Shown: one piece after another, positions 48,457-57,866 of the stretch
Numbering within the stretch: position 1 is the stretch's first letter
How the letters are laid out: each line of letters starts with the position of its first letter
DNA from: Nitrososphaeria archaeon
Lineage (GTDB): Archaea > Thermoproteota > Nitrososphaeria > JACIWG01
NCBI GenBank assembly: GCA_050011875.1
Contig: JBEKIG010000008.1
Location: forward strand, 1 to 64,000
Reading direction: 5' to 3'
DNA length: 64,000 bases
Made by a program: the position numbers and the translations under genes
Notes under the pieces: model-generated
Told to the model about the DNA's origin: nothing
Database searches by the model: none
What the model saw: the letters and a program-made list of their open reading frames with translations, nothing else

Positions 48457-49065
48457 CTACCTGGATGACATAGCAATCCGTTCCTGCTCGTTCTTCTTCT
48501 TCACCGCATAACTGTTCTGATCGTTGTTGGAAGCTAAGATAAGTTCGTCTGATAGAGCTTCTTCAATCGATATCTCTCTGTTGAAGGTGGCTTCCCTCAA
48601 ACCCTCCGATATAAATCTAAGCGCTAAGTCGATGCGTCTCTGTGGAGAAATGTCCACTGCGACATGATATACTACACCGCCATACATCAGCCTTGTAGTG
48701 TCTTCGTTTGGGGAGGAATTTTCTATTGCTTTAACAAGAACCTGCAGAGGATTTGTTCCCGTCTTTAAGTTGATGATTTCTAAAGCCGATCTTACAGTTT
48801 TAAGTGAATTGTATTTCTTGCCTCCCATTCTACCAGTGTTCTTTGCATACTTCTTCCCAAAGTGCATAAGCACATTTGAGAGGCGTTCAGTTATGTTGGT
48901 TTTTGACTTTGCAAATTTCTGGTGAGCGTGTCTCCCGAAAGAATGCGGTAGAAACGTAGGTGTAAGGTCTATAACGTTCTTTAGTCCAATGTCTTCGACT
49001 TTCACGTCCTTGAAGCTCCATTTGCCGAAAAGCAGCATGTTTGAGGCGTCCGATTTTGATGACAA
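48457..49065 (-). CDS. rps7: 30S ribosomal protein S7 (uS7)
   Basis: LFGKW, PHSFGRH, AVDISPQRRIDLAL, ERIAMSSR. Confidence 0.97.
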   Translation of the reverse strand: MSSKSDASNMLLFGKWSFKDVKVEDIGLKNVIDLTPTFLPHSFGRHAHQKFAKSKTNITERLSNVLMHFGKKYAKNTGRMGGKKYNSLKTVRSALEIINLKTGTNPLQVLVKAIENSSPNEDTTRLMYGGVVYHVAVDISPQRRIDLALRFISEGLREATFNREISIEEALSDELILASNNDQNSYAVKKKNEQERIAMSSR

Positions 49066-49070
49066 ATCGT

Positions 49071-49514
49071 TTACCTCCTCGGCTTCTCCTTTCTGCCCAA
49101 GACGAGCATAGGTAGCGAAATGCCGTTTACTTTGAATACCTTATAGCGGACTCCTGGTATATCACCCATAGATCGTCCAAGAGTGCCACCGATACCTTCA
49201 ATGTGAACTTCATCGTGCTCATCAATATAGTTCAGGGCACCGTCTCCCGGCAAAAAAGCTGTTACCTGCTTGTTGTTTTTTATAAGCTGAACGCGAACAC
49301 ATTTTCTAATGGCTGAGTTAGGCTGCTTTGACTCCACACCCACCTTCTCTAAAACGATTCCTCTACCCTGCGGCGCGCCTTCAAGCGGGTCAAATCTTTC
49401 CTTAATCCTTAGAGCACGTTTAACATAGTGTTTACTTGACCACTTGAAATGCTTTCTTTTCTCGATCAGTATTCGAGCAGAAAATTCGCCCGTAGTCTTG
49501 GTGGACTTTCCCAT
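49071..49514 (-). CDS. rps12: 30S ribosomal protein S12 (uS12)
   Basis: [30 protein letters not shown]. Confidence 0.98.
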   Translation of the reverse strand: MGKSTKTTGEFSARILIEKRKHFKWSSKHYVKRALRIKERFDPLEGAPQGRGIVLEKVGVESKQPNSAIRKCVRVQLIKNNKQVTAFLPGDGALNYIDEHDEVHIEGIGGTLGRSMGDIPGVRYKVFKVNGISLPMLVLGRKEKPRR

Positions 49515-49571
49515 ATTATCAGCAGAAAGGCGGACCTATTACCGTTATTTAACCGTTTTCATTCTGCAACC

Positions 49572-50021
49572 TTAGGGCTGCACTACGATTCTCACGTCGG
49601 CTATGTCGAAATATCTCCTGATAAGAAGCCTTGCTCTCTCAGCGTTTTTCCCACCTAAGCCGACGACGGCGCCCTGAAATTTCGGGCTGCTCAACACCAC
49701 AACAGCTATCTTACTGCCGTCCAGCCTCTCACTTAGCCTAACTTCGCTTATGTACTTCTTGTTCAGAGAATTCTTTATCAGCTGTATTGGGTCATCGGAA
49801 TGTATGACTATTTCAACCGGTTTCTTGATCATGTTTTCGATGGTCTTCACGCATGAACCATTCTTCCCTATAGCTAAACCTATCTCGTTTGGGGCGACTA
49901 AGAAGATAACTCTGTTCATCTTTTGATCAATGATGCAGTCCTTGGCTGTGGCTCCACTTATCCTCTGGAAGAGTGACATCAATTCGAGCTCTTGTGAGGA
50001 CCAATTTATCCTGCTTGGCAT
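49572..50021 (-). CDS. nusA: Archaeal NusA (KH-domain) transcription factor
   Basis: GLAIGKNG and GAVVGLGG KH motifs; conserved position between rpl30e and rps12. Confidence 0.93.
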   Translation of the reverse strand: MPSRINWSSQELELMSLFQRISGATAKDCIIDQKMNRVIFLVAPNEIGLAIGKNGSCVKTIENMIKKPVEIVIHSDDPIQLIKNSLNKKYISEVRLSERLDGSKIAVVVLSSPKFQGAVVGLGGKNAERARLLIRRYFDIADVRIVVQP

Positions 50022-50028
50022 CTAAAGG

Positions 50029-50343
50029 TCAGCTTTTTGTTTCCTCATGTAGGATTTCTTTAAGCTCGTATCCACCCGTAGCTTTGATCGAAAAAGTGGA
50101 TATTCTAAAGTTCTTCCCGACAGCTTTTGCCAGCTCCATTGAGCTGCCTTCGTATTCTATGAAGGGTATAGAAAGCTTCTTACAGTCCCTCTGCAGCTTT
50201 TGCGATATTTTGTGTTCCAAATTCTCTGACACGATAACTGCTTTGGAACCCTTTAATTCGTCGACGACCTCCTTTGTGCCGTAAACTATCTTTCCCTTCT
50301 TAGACACCTTTTTCAGATAGCTCTCAAGAATCTTCTTTTCCAA
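50029..50343 (-). CDS. rpl30e: 50S ribosomal protein L30e
   Basis: GKIVYG, YEGSSMELAKAVGK; conserved position after rpoA. Confidence 0.88.
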   Translation of the reverse strand: MEKKILESYLKKVSKKGKIVYGTKEVVDELKGSKAVIVSENLEHKISQKLQRDCKKLSIPFIEYEGSSMELAKAVGKNFRISTFSIKATGGYELKEILHEETKS

Positions 50344-53300
50344 CTTCCTTGCCTCCTTGCGTCATAAACAGGTCCACCATACCTGTTCCTACTGGGATAG
50401 GCAGCCCTACTATAACACTTTCGGTTACACCCTTCAAATGCTCGGTTTCACCTTTGACAGAAGCTTCGGCCAGCGTGGGAACAGTTATTTCGAAGGCGGC
50501 TCTTGCTAGAACACTCGCTTTGCCTCCAACTACACCGTGGCGGCCTACCTGCTTAAGTGAGCCTGTAACAGTCATGAGGTCTGCGACAAGACATATGTGT
50601 CTTATATCCACTTCCAACCCCTGCTCCTCCATAGTGTCTCTTACTTCCCTTACCAGAGCAGATCTCGCAGCTTCGATGCCTAACGTTGACCATATTTCGT
50701 AGACGTCATTTGTAGTGGTTCTAGCTGGGTTGACGCCTTCGATCTTCATGACCTTTGCAAGGTTGGATCCCTTAGTCTGGATAACCCATTCCCCCCCTTC
50801 GTGAACCACTGTCGCATCGGTTATGCCCGGTATACCTTTTAGTCTGCTGTTCAAGATTTTCGTCTTCATTCTCTGAAGAGATAGAGGATCCGCGCCTTCG
50901 GCCATTATTATTAAGGTGTCCTCGCCGACGATCTCAGGCTTCCTCTTGCTGGTCTCTATCGCAGCCGCTACATCTTTAGCCTCGACGACGAGGTCGTTCA
51001 TGGCTTTTACGTCGAGGACTATCGTAATCTGGCCGCTGGGGTCGATCTCACTGCTCTTTATAACATAGTCTATCTTTGAGAAACGTATCTCTGCGGCGAT
51101 CCTTTTGGCCACATCCAAATCGTCAGCGAATTCGGATAGGAGGTAAATGTCCATAGTGGGGGTGGACGGTTGTCTTCTTGCATCAACCAGTTCTATGAGC
51201 CTTGGCAGACCCAACGTTATGTCCCTTTCTTTAACGCCGGCAAAGTGGAATGTTCTAAGCGTCATCTGCGTACTTGGCTCACCTATAGACTGTGCGGCGA
51301 CGACGCCTACAGCTTCCCCCGGCTCTATCAGCGCTTGCTCAAAAAGCTCTGATGTACGCGATATAACACGCTCTGCGCTCGCCTTCGGAAGTTTTGACTT
51401 AGATAATTCTGTCTTAAGTTCCTCGATTACTTTCGGATTAAGTGACTGGGCATATTTTTCGAGGTTTGCTTCAAGATCTTTTTCTTTTATTGCTGCCCCA
51501 CCTGCTGTGAGCAGTTCTGCTTCAATAAGTCTTTTAACGTTTACGGCTTTGCTGTGGTCGCTCTTGGAGGGGTCAACGCCGTCTTCACTGTAGAGGAACT
51601 GGATTATCGCGCCTTCCGGATCCCTTACAGTTCGGTCGTATTCGACCCTGAGATGTTCCATTGCGTTGACGAGACGTCTTTGCATGTAACCGCTCTGCTG
51701 TGTTCTAACGGCTGTATCAACAAGCCCCTCTCTACCGCCCATTGCGTGGAAGAAGAATTCAAGAGCGTTAAGGCCTTCCCTATAGTTTGCCTTAATGAAC
51801 CCTTTTGCGTCGGGGTTTGTGTCATTTGATTCAAAGTGGCATAAAGTCCTGTATTCATAGCCTCTCATAATTCGTTTGCCACGGATGGACTGTTGTCCAA
51901 GAGCGGCGGCCATGTGACCTATGTTCAAAGGCGACCCCCTCGCACCCGTCCTCGCCATAATGATAGCGCTGTTTTCGTCTGAAAGGTTCTTGTCAGCGAC
52001 CTTTCCAGCGGCGTCACGCGCTTTGGAAAGTTCGTTGACTATGTAAAGTTCGAGCGCTTCCTCAGAGGAAAGGCCTCTCATCAGAGTCAGAGTGCCTTCT
52101 CTATAACGTTTCTGAAGGTCGTCGATTCTTCCGTAAGCGTCTTTAATCGACTGTTTAACGGAGTCCACAACGCTTGGAGGCAGCCAAAAATCGTCGTAAC
52201 CGATCGTGAATCCTTTGAATGTTATGTAAGCCTTTATAACCCTAAGAATCGAATTAAGGAAATTTTTTGCCGTCTCACTACCATATTCTTTTACGATCCT
52301 ATGGAGCACACTGTCCGGTCTTTCAGCACCGATAGAGGCTTTGTCGATAACACCGGAGACCAGTTCGCCGTCCCTTATAACCACCTGTTTACCGTACCAG
52401 CTCGACTTCAACACGTAGTTGAATCCTTCCGGTAGAAAGAGCGAGAACAGCTGTCTTCCATGATAAAGTTCTTCCGGTTCTTGCTTCGCCGGTTTAGGTA
52501 TCTTTCCTACATATCCTCCGATTGTAGCGAGATTCACGAACTCCTCCTTTGTTAGGTATGAGTCTTCTTTAGTCAGCAAATATGCTCCGGTGATGTAGTC
52601 TCTAATAGCGCCTATTATGGGTCCCCCGTATCTCGGAGACAGTATCTGATCCTGAACACGCATCAGCAACTCTGCTTCACATCTTGCTTCCTCTCCCTGT
52701 GGCACGTGAAGGTTCATTTCGTCTCCGTCGAAGTCGGCGTTGTATGGAGTGCAAACCGCTGGATGAAGTCTAAATGTTCTGCCCGGCAGAACCCTTGCGC
52801 TGTGCGCCATGATGGACATCCTGTGCAATGAAGGCTGTCTGTTGAAAAGGACGATGTCTCCGTCTACAAGATGTCTTTCGACAATATATCCTGGACCGAG
52901 CGCGGAGGCAACTGCTGCTCTATCCTGAACGTAATCCAGTCTTATTTTTACTCCGTCTGGGCGTATAATGTAGTTGGCGCCAGGATACTTGTCGCCGTTT
53001 GCGACGAGCTGCCTTAGGCGGTCGATGTTCCAGCCTGTAACCTTCTCCGGTATCGTAAGCTTCTTTGCTACTTCAGCCGGTATGCCCACTTCGTTTATGT
53101 CCATGTTTGGATCAGGTGAGATGACCGTACGGCTTGAGAAGTCAACACGTTTTCCTGAAAGGTTGCCTCTAAACCTTCCCTCCTTACCCTTAAGTCTCTG
53201 GCTCAGTGTTCTCAGAGGTCTGCCTGAGCGATGGTGGGCTTGAGGGATGCCGCTGACTTCGTTGTCAAAGTAGGTTGTAACATGGTATTGAACTAGGTCA

Positions 53301-54118
53301 ACGAGGTCTTGAACGATCAGCGGGGGTGAACCGGACTCCTTACTTTCTTTCACACGCTGATTCGTCCTAAGTATGTCCACAAGCTTGTGGGTTAAATCAT
53401 CTTCGGACCGGATCCCTGTTTCAAGAATGATTGAAGGACGAACAGTAACAGGGGGAACCGGAAGCACCTGAAGGACAAACCACTCCGGTCTAACCTTATC
53501 CAATTCGTAGCCCAAGAGAACAAGGTTTTTATCGTTTATTTCTTCAAGCCATGCACGTATCGAGCTCGCCAACAGTCTAGAAGGGCCTTCGTCTCTAATT
53601 TCATAGAACGTTGTTGGCTTCACCAACTGGATTTCGTACTTTACGCTTCCGCAATGAGGGCACTGTCTTGCCTTCTTTGCTTTTAGTCTGATCTCTCTAG
53701 AGATCTTCTCCAACACTTCAGAAGTGATGTACTTTCTGTCCTCGAGCCCTTTCTTGTATTCGTTTATTATCTCGTCACTTAATATTACCTTGTGGCAGAC
53801 ACGGCAAGTTGTCTGAAGAATAATGTATATGTCGTCTACGAAGGCGACATGAATTATCGGCTCAGCTAATTCGATGTGTCCGAAATGTCCAGGGCATTTT
53901 ACTGAAGTGTTTCCGCATGTTGCACATTTCTGACCGGGTTCTAGCGTGCCCAGTCTTGGGTCCATTAAGCCTCCGGGAACAGGAAGTCCGTCCCTGTCGT
54001 ATGTTTCCGGCGCCATTACTTCAACAACGCTGTACAATCTGACAATTTGAGGAGAAAATATCGTAAACTTTATTCCACCAATATTCTTTTGAAGATCTTC
54101 GACTGACATTTCAACCAC
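50324..54118 (-). CDS. rpoA: DNA-directed RNA polymerase subunit A, fused A'+A'' (Rpo1)
   Basis: NADFDGD catalytic motif and the A'' motif QSIGEPSTQMTLRTFH in one 1264-aa ORF. Confidence 0.97.
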   Translation of the reverse strand: MVEMSVEDLQKNIGGIKFTIFSPQIVRLYSVVEVMAPETYDRDGLPVPGGLMDPRLGTLEPGQKCATCGNTSVKCPGHFGHIELAEPIIHVAFVDDIYIILQTTCRVCHKVILSDEIINEYKKGLEDRKYITSEVLEKISREIRLKAKKARQCPHCGSVKYEIQLVKPTTFYEIRDEGPSRLLASSIRAWLEEINDKNLVLLGYELDKVRPEWFVLQVLPVPPVTVRPSIILETGIRSEDDLTHKLVDILRTNQRVKESKESGSPPLIVQDLVDLVQYHVTTYFDNEVSGIPQAHHRSGRPLRTLSQRLKGKEGRFRGNLSGKRVDFSSRTVISPDPNMDINEVGIPAEVAKKLTIPEKVTGWNIDRLRQLVANGDKYPGANYIIRPDGVKIRLDYVQDRAAVASALGPGYIVERHLVDGDIVLFNRQPSLHRMSIMAHSARVLPGRTFRLHPAVCTPYNADFDGDEMNLHVPQGEEARCEAELLMRVQDQILSPRYGGPIIGAIRDYITGAYLLTKEDSYLTKEEFVNLATIGGYVGKIPKPAKQEPEELYHGRQLFSLFLPEGFNYVLKSSWYGKQVVIRDGELVSGVIDKASIGAERPDSVLHRIVKEYGSETAKNFLNSILRVIKAYITFKGFTIGYDDFWLPPSVVDSVKQSIKDAYGRIDDLQKRYREGTLTLMRGLSSEEALELYIVNELSKARDAAGKVADKNLSDENSAIIMARTGARGSPLNIGHMAAALGQQSIRGKRIMRGYEYRTLCHFESNDTNPDAKGFIKANYREGLNALEFFFHAMGGREGLVDTAVRTQQSGYMQRRLVNAMEHLRVEYDRTVRDPEGAIIQFLYSEDGVDPSKSDHSKAVNVKRLIEAELLTAGGAAIKEKDLEANLEKYAQSLNPKVIEELKTELSKSKLPKASAERVISRTSELFEQALIEPGEAVGVVAAQSIGEPSTQMTLRTFHFAGVKERDITLGLPRLIELVDARRQPSTPTMDIYLLSEFADDLDVAKRIAAEIRFSKIDYVIKSSEIDPSGQITIVLDVKAMNDLVVEAKDVAAAIETSKRKPEIVGEDTLIIMAEGADPLSLQRMKTKILNSRLKGIPGITDATVVHEGGEWVIQTKGSNLAKVMKIEGVNPARTTTNDVYEIWSTLGIEAARSALVREVRDTMEEQGLEVDIRHICLVADLMTVTGSLKQVGRHGVVGGKASVLARAAFEITVPTLAEASVKGETEHLKGVTESVIVGLPIPVGTGMVDLFMTQGGKEVGKEDS

Positions 54119-57100
54119 CTAAATTTTATCTTTAAGAAGGACACGGGGTAGTATGTTAAGACTCATCATTTCCTGCACCAGCAATTTGAAAGCGTACGCC
54201 ATGGACACTGTAGCTATTTTCGCGTTTGGACCACAGACTCTACAAATGTACTTCCTTGTCCTCGCATCGAAGTACGCTATTAGACCACAATTTTCACATA
54301 TGAACACATCTGTCTTGTCTGATTCATCAAGAAGCCTATCCTTTAAAACCATCGACGTGCCATACGCTATAAGGCAATCACGTTCCATCTCTCCAAACCT
54401 TAGGCCTCCGCCTCTTGATCTTCCTTCGGTCGGCTGTTTTGTAAGCATCTGTACCTGACCTCTTGCTCTGGCATGAATCTTATCCGCAACCATATGGTGC
54501 AGCTTCTGATAATAGACTACACCGACAAAGATTTCGGCCGGGTATTTTCTTCCGGTTCTCCCATCATACATAACCTCCTTGCCCGTATTCACGAATCCGA
54601 GTTCCTTCAGCTGGCCCTCTATCGAGTCCACCGTCTCGCCACAGAACGTTGAGCCGTCAACCTGCGCCCCTCTTAATGAGCCGGCCTTTCCTCCCATCGA
54701 TTCAATGAACTGTCCCACGGTCATCCTTGAAGGGAATGCGTGGGGGTTGAGGATAATGTCTGGAATAACCCCTTCTTCAGTGTAAGGTAGATCTTCTGGG
54801 TTCGCTAGAAGACCGAGGATACCCTTTTGACCGTGTCTGGACGCAAACTTGTCGCCTATCTCAGGAACACGCATGTCTCTTACCTTAATCTTGAACATCT
54901 TTCCTCCTTCAACATTGACCGACATTATTATGGAGTCTACGATGCCCGTCTCCGAAGGCCTCACAGATACTGAGGTGTCTCTCATATACGGGCCGCTGAC
55001 CTCTATCTCCCTATATTCTTCGGTAAAACGTGGCGGGCTTGTTCTTCCGATCAGAACATCGCCGCCTGAGACATTCGCTTCCGGGAAGAGGGCACCATCG
55101 GATTCCAGAAGACGATAGAACTTATCGCCGCGGTATCCCTTTATGTTGGCGTCAGGGTTTGGCACTTCAAATCGGTCCTTCATTCCTCCTAGGTAGAGCT
55201 GCGCCTCCGCATCATAGAGTCTGAAGAAGAATGTCCTTCCGAATCCTCTTTCCACAGAAGACTTGTTCATCACGATGGCGTCTTCGATGTTGTAACCTTC
55301 ATAGGACATAACTGCGACCACAGCGTTTTGCCCTAGGGGCCTATCGTTCAAGTTCAGCATTTCGAATGAGCCTGTTGTCACCATAGGCTTTTGAGGGTAG
55401 ACCAGAAGATGGGCTCTGACGTTCATCGTATTTTTATAAATCGGCGATGGGAAGCCAAGCGCCTGTTTTGCCATGGCGCTTTCATAAGTGTTTCTCGGCG
55501 ATTGGTTGTGCTCTGCATATGGTATTATTGAGGCTACTGCGCCAAGCATGCCGGTCATAGAGATCTCTAAATGACTGTGCTTAGAGTTAAGCTGGTCTGG
55601 TTTCGTCGCAATAAGGCAATTTTCTTCCTCGTTAGCGTCAATGAGTTCGAGTTCACCCTTCTTCAAGAGCTCTCTCCAAGATATTTTTTCTTTCAGAGCT
55701 TCTTCCAGGTCTTCCTTTTTTAAGAGAGGCGAACCGTTCTTAGTTACAATAAGCGGTCTCAAGACTCTGCCTGAATAGGCGTTGATGTAAATTCTTGTTT
55801 CCGCTTTCGGGTTTTGTGGAAACTTAAGGTATATGCTCACATCACTGTTGATCAACGCATTTCTCCTCATGTTCCTGAACTCGCTGCAGAATTCTTCAGG
55901 ATTCATAACGTAGCCTGATAAGCTGCTGTCCAAGAACACCCTTGCGCCGGCCATTTTGACTTCATTGGAAGCATCTTTATATGATATGAGCCCTATCTGT
56001 GATATGACGTTGAAAATTTCTCTGGGATCCGCTGAAACAGATATTACCGCTGAAAGCGCGAGGTTCTTTACTAATCCACAGTTTGAGCCTTCAGGGGTCT
56101 CACACGGGCATATTCTCCCGAAATGTGTAGGATGAAGGTCTCTTGCCTCAAAGTTGGGCTGGCTTCTGGATAGAGGTGACTGAATTCTTCTTAGATGGCT
56201 GATTGTTGAAAGGTAGTTCGTCCTATCGAGCAGCTGGGTTATACCCACCTTGCCTCTTCCCCAGTTTCCTGTAGCTATCGCGTTCCTAAGCTTGTCAGTT
56301 ATTATACCCGGCCTAATTGCTACGTTTACTACTCCGATCCCCCTTTTCTGTCCTGAATGCTCTAGCTGGTATTTCATATCCTTTATCAGGTTTCTGAAGC
56401 ACGTTCTGAACAGGTCGGCTAAAAGCTGACCCGAGAGACGGATAACTTTGTTACCGTAATGGTCCTTATCGTCTGAATTAATCCACCCAAGCTTGTATTC
56501 GAGAAGCTTGCAGACAGATTCACCTATGAAAAGAGCCTTGTCCAAACGGTTCTGTGTAGACTTCCCAAGGTGCGGTAGCAGCCCCCAATCGAGAACGTTT
56601 TCAGCCCGTTTAACCCGGTACTCCTCCTGTAATCCATGAGCAACTCTGTTCCCTAGGTATACGAGTGCATCGTTGATGGTGACAACTTCGCTACTTTTAT
56701 CAAATGTGGGCCCTAGGAAGTCTTGGATCTCAGATTTTAGCGAAATCGACTCAACAATTTCTTTATCCGATTCCACACCCAGCGCTCTCATCAGGACGAC
56801 AACTGGAATGTCGGTGGGAACATTTGAGAATCTGGCGTAGATGACGCCGTCTTGATGCAGAGATATTTCCAGCTTTGACCTGTACCCTACGACAGACGAA
56901 TAGACGGTTGCAGTGGATATATTAACTCCACCCTGCTTCTTTACGTCGACAAGAATCTTGTTAGGTGCAAGATCTTCAAGTCCTACAATAACACGTTCTG
57001 AACCATTGATTATGAAGTAACCTCCAGGGTCCAGATAATCTTCACCTTCTTCGATGAGCTCTTCGTAAGACTTCTTAGACAGCGTGCAGAGCTCCGATTT

Positions 57101-57502
57101 AACCATAACGGGGAGGTCGCCGATGTACAAATATTGAGAGTCCGTAACAATTCCATTCGACAGGATCTTCATCTCAAGCTCTATAGGCGACGAATATGTC
57201 AGGTTCCTCATTCGCGCCTCCATTGGCGATACAGAGGTTTTGGAAGCGTCGTGTTCGGTTACTCTTGGTAAACCGATGCGAACCTTTCCAAACTGCACAG
57301 TGTACGGGTTCGTCAACGTCTCAACATCTATTTTCGCTATTTCGTCAACGATCACCTGAACGCCATATCTTATGAATTCGTTGTATGAGTTTATGTGCTG
57401 TCTAGCGATACCTTCTTCTTCTACGACCTTCTTTAAGAGAGGCCATAAGTCTTGAGATTTCTTTTCAACCAACCCTATCACTCTTTCAACCAATCCTATC
57501 AC
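54119..57502 (-). CDS. rpoB: DNA-directed RNA polymerase subunit B (Rpo2, unsplit)
   Basis: GDKFASRHGQKG, GLRFGEMERD, C-terminal zinc finger; start ambiguous because of a 21-bp duplication (TTG 57472 possible). Confidence 0.97.
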   Translation of the reverse strand: MIGLVERVIGLVEKKSQDLWPLLKKVVEEEGIARQHINSYNEFIRYGVQVIVDEIAKIDVETLTNPYTVQFGKVRIGLPRVTEHDASKTSVSPMEARMRNLTYSSPIELEMKILSNGIVTDSQYLYIGDLPVMVKSELCTLSKKSYEELIEEGEDYLDPGGYFIINGSERVIVGLEDLAPNKILVDVKKQGGVNISTATVYSSVVGYRSKLEISLHQDGVIYARFSNVPTDIPVVVLMRALGVESDKEIVESISLKSEIQDFLGPTFDKSSEVVTINDALVYLGNRVAHGLQEEYRVKRAENVLDWGLLPHLGKSTQNRLDKALFIGESVCKLLEYKLGWINSDDKDHYGNKVIRLSGQLLADLFRTCFRNLIKDMKYQLEHSGQKRGIGVVNVAIRPGIITDKLRNAIATGNWGRGKVGITQLLDRTNYLSTISHLRRIQSPLSRSQPNFEARDLHPTHFGRICPCETPEGSNCGLVKNLALSAVISVSADPREIFNVISQIGLISYKDASNEVKMAGARVFLDSSLSGYVMNPEEFCSEFRNMRRNALINSDVSIYLKFPQNPKAETRIYINAYSGRVLRPLIVTKNGSPLLKKEDLEEALKEKISWRELLKKGELELIDANEEENCLIATKPDQLNSKHSHLEISMTGMLGAVASIIPYAEHNQSPRNTYESAMAKQALGFPSPIYKNTMNVRAHLLVYPQKPMVTTGSFEMLNLNDRPLGQNAVVAVMSYEGYNIEDAIVMNKSSVERGFGRTFFFRLYDAEAQLYLGGMKDRFEVPNPDANIKGYRGDKFYRLLESDGALFPEANVSGGDVLIGRTSPPRFTEEYREIEVSGPYMRDTSVSVRPSETGIVDSIIMSVNVEGGKMFKIKVRDMRVPEIGDKFASRHGQKGILGLLANPEDLPYTEEGVIPDIILNPHAFPSRMTVGQFIESMGGKAGSLRGAQVDGSTFCGETVDSIEGQLKELGFVNTGKEVMYDGRTGRKYPAEIFVGVVYYQKLHHMVADKIHARARGQVQMLTKQPTEGRSRGGGLRFGEMERDCLIAYGTSMVLKDRLLDESDKTDVFICENCGLIAYFDARTRKYICRVCGPNAKIATVSMAYAFKLLVQEMMSLNILPRVLLKDKI

Positions 57503-57504
57503 TC
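57463..57504. repeat. 21-bp tandem duplication at the rpoH stop / rpoB start
   Basis: TTTCAACCAACCCTATCACTC then TTTCAACCAATCCTATCACTC (1 mismatch). Confidence 0.9.
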
Positions 57505-57753
57505 TATAACATACCTGTAGTAGGATACTACTCCGGAAACTTCACTTTTCCTAGTTATCTTAATGATGTCTCCAGGCTTGACACCAAGTTCTCTTATCGC
57601 GGGATCTAATGAAAAAATGTATGGAAGCTGGTGGGGCTTGATGTGGAACGTATCCAGAATCTTCTGAGCTTCCTCAGCCGATAATATCTCGTGCTTTGGT
57701 ACGAGAACGTGATCCGATATCAAAAAATCCTTCTTCTCTGTTTTTTTACTCAT
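57499..57753 (-). CDS. rpoH: RNA polymerase subunit H (Rpo5)
   Basis: HVLVPKHEIL, QLPYI, DP, GDIIKITRKS, YYRYV. Confidence 0.97.
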   Translation of the reverse strand: MSKKTEKKDFLISDHVLVPKHEILSAEEAQKILDTFHIKPHQLPYIFSLDPAIRELGVKPGDIIKITRKSEVSGVVSYYRYVIE

Positions 57754-57866
57754 ATATAAAAACCTCTATGTAGAGGAAAAGAATAAATTTCCATTTAAAA
57801 ATACCTAAGGAACCCTTAGATGACGGTTATTTAAATGTTACCATATTCTGCTAAACGAAGGCAATG

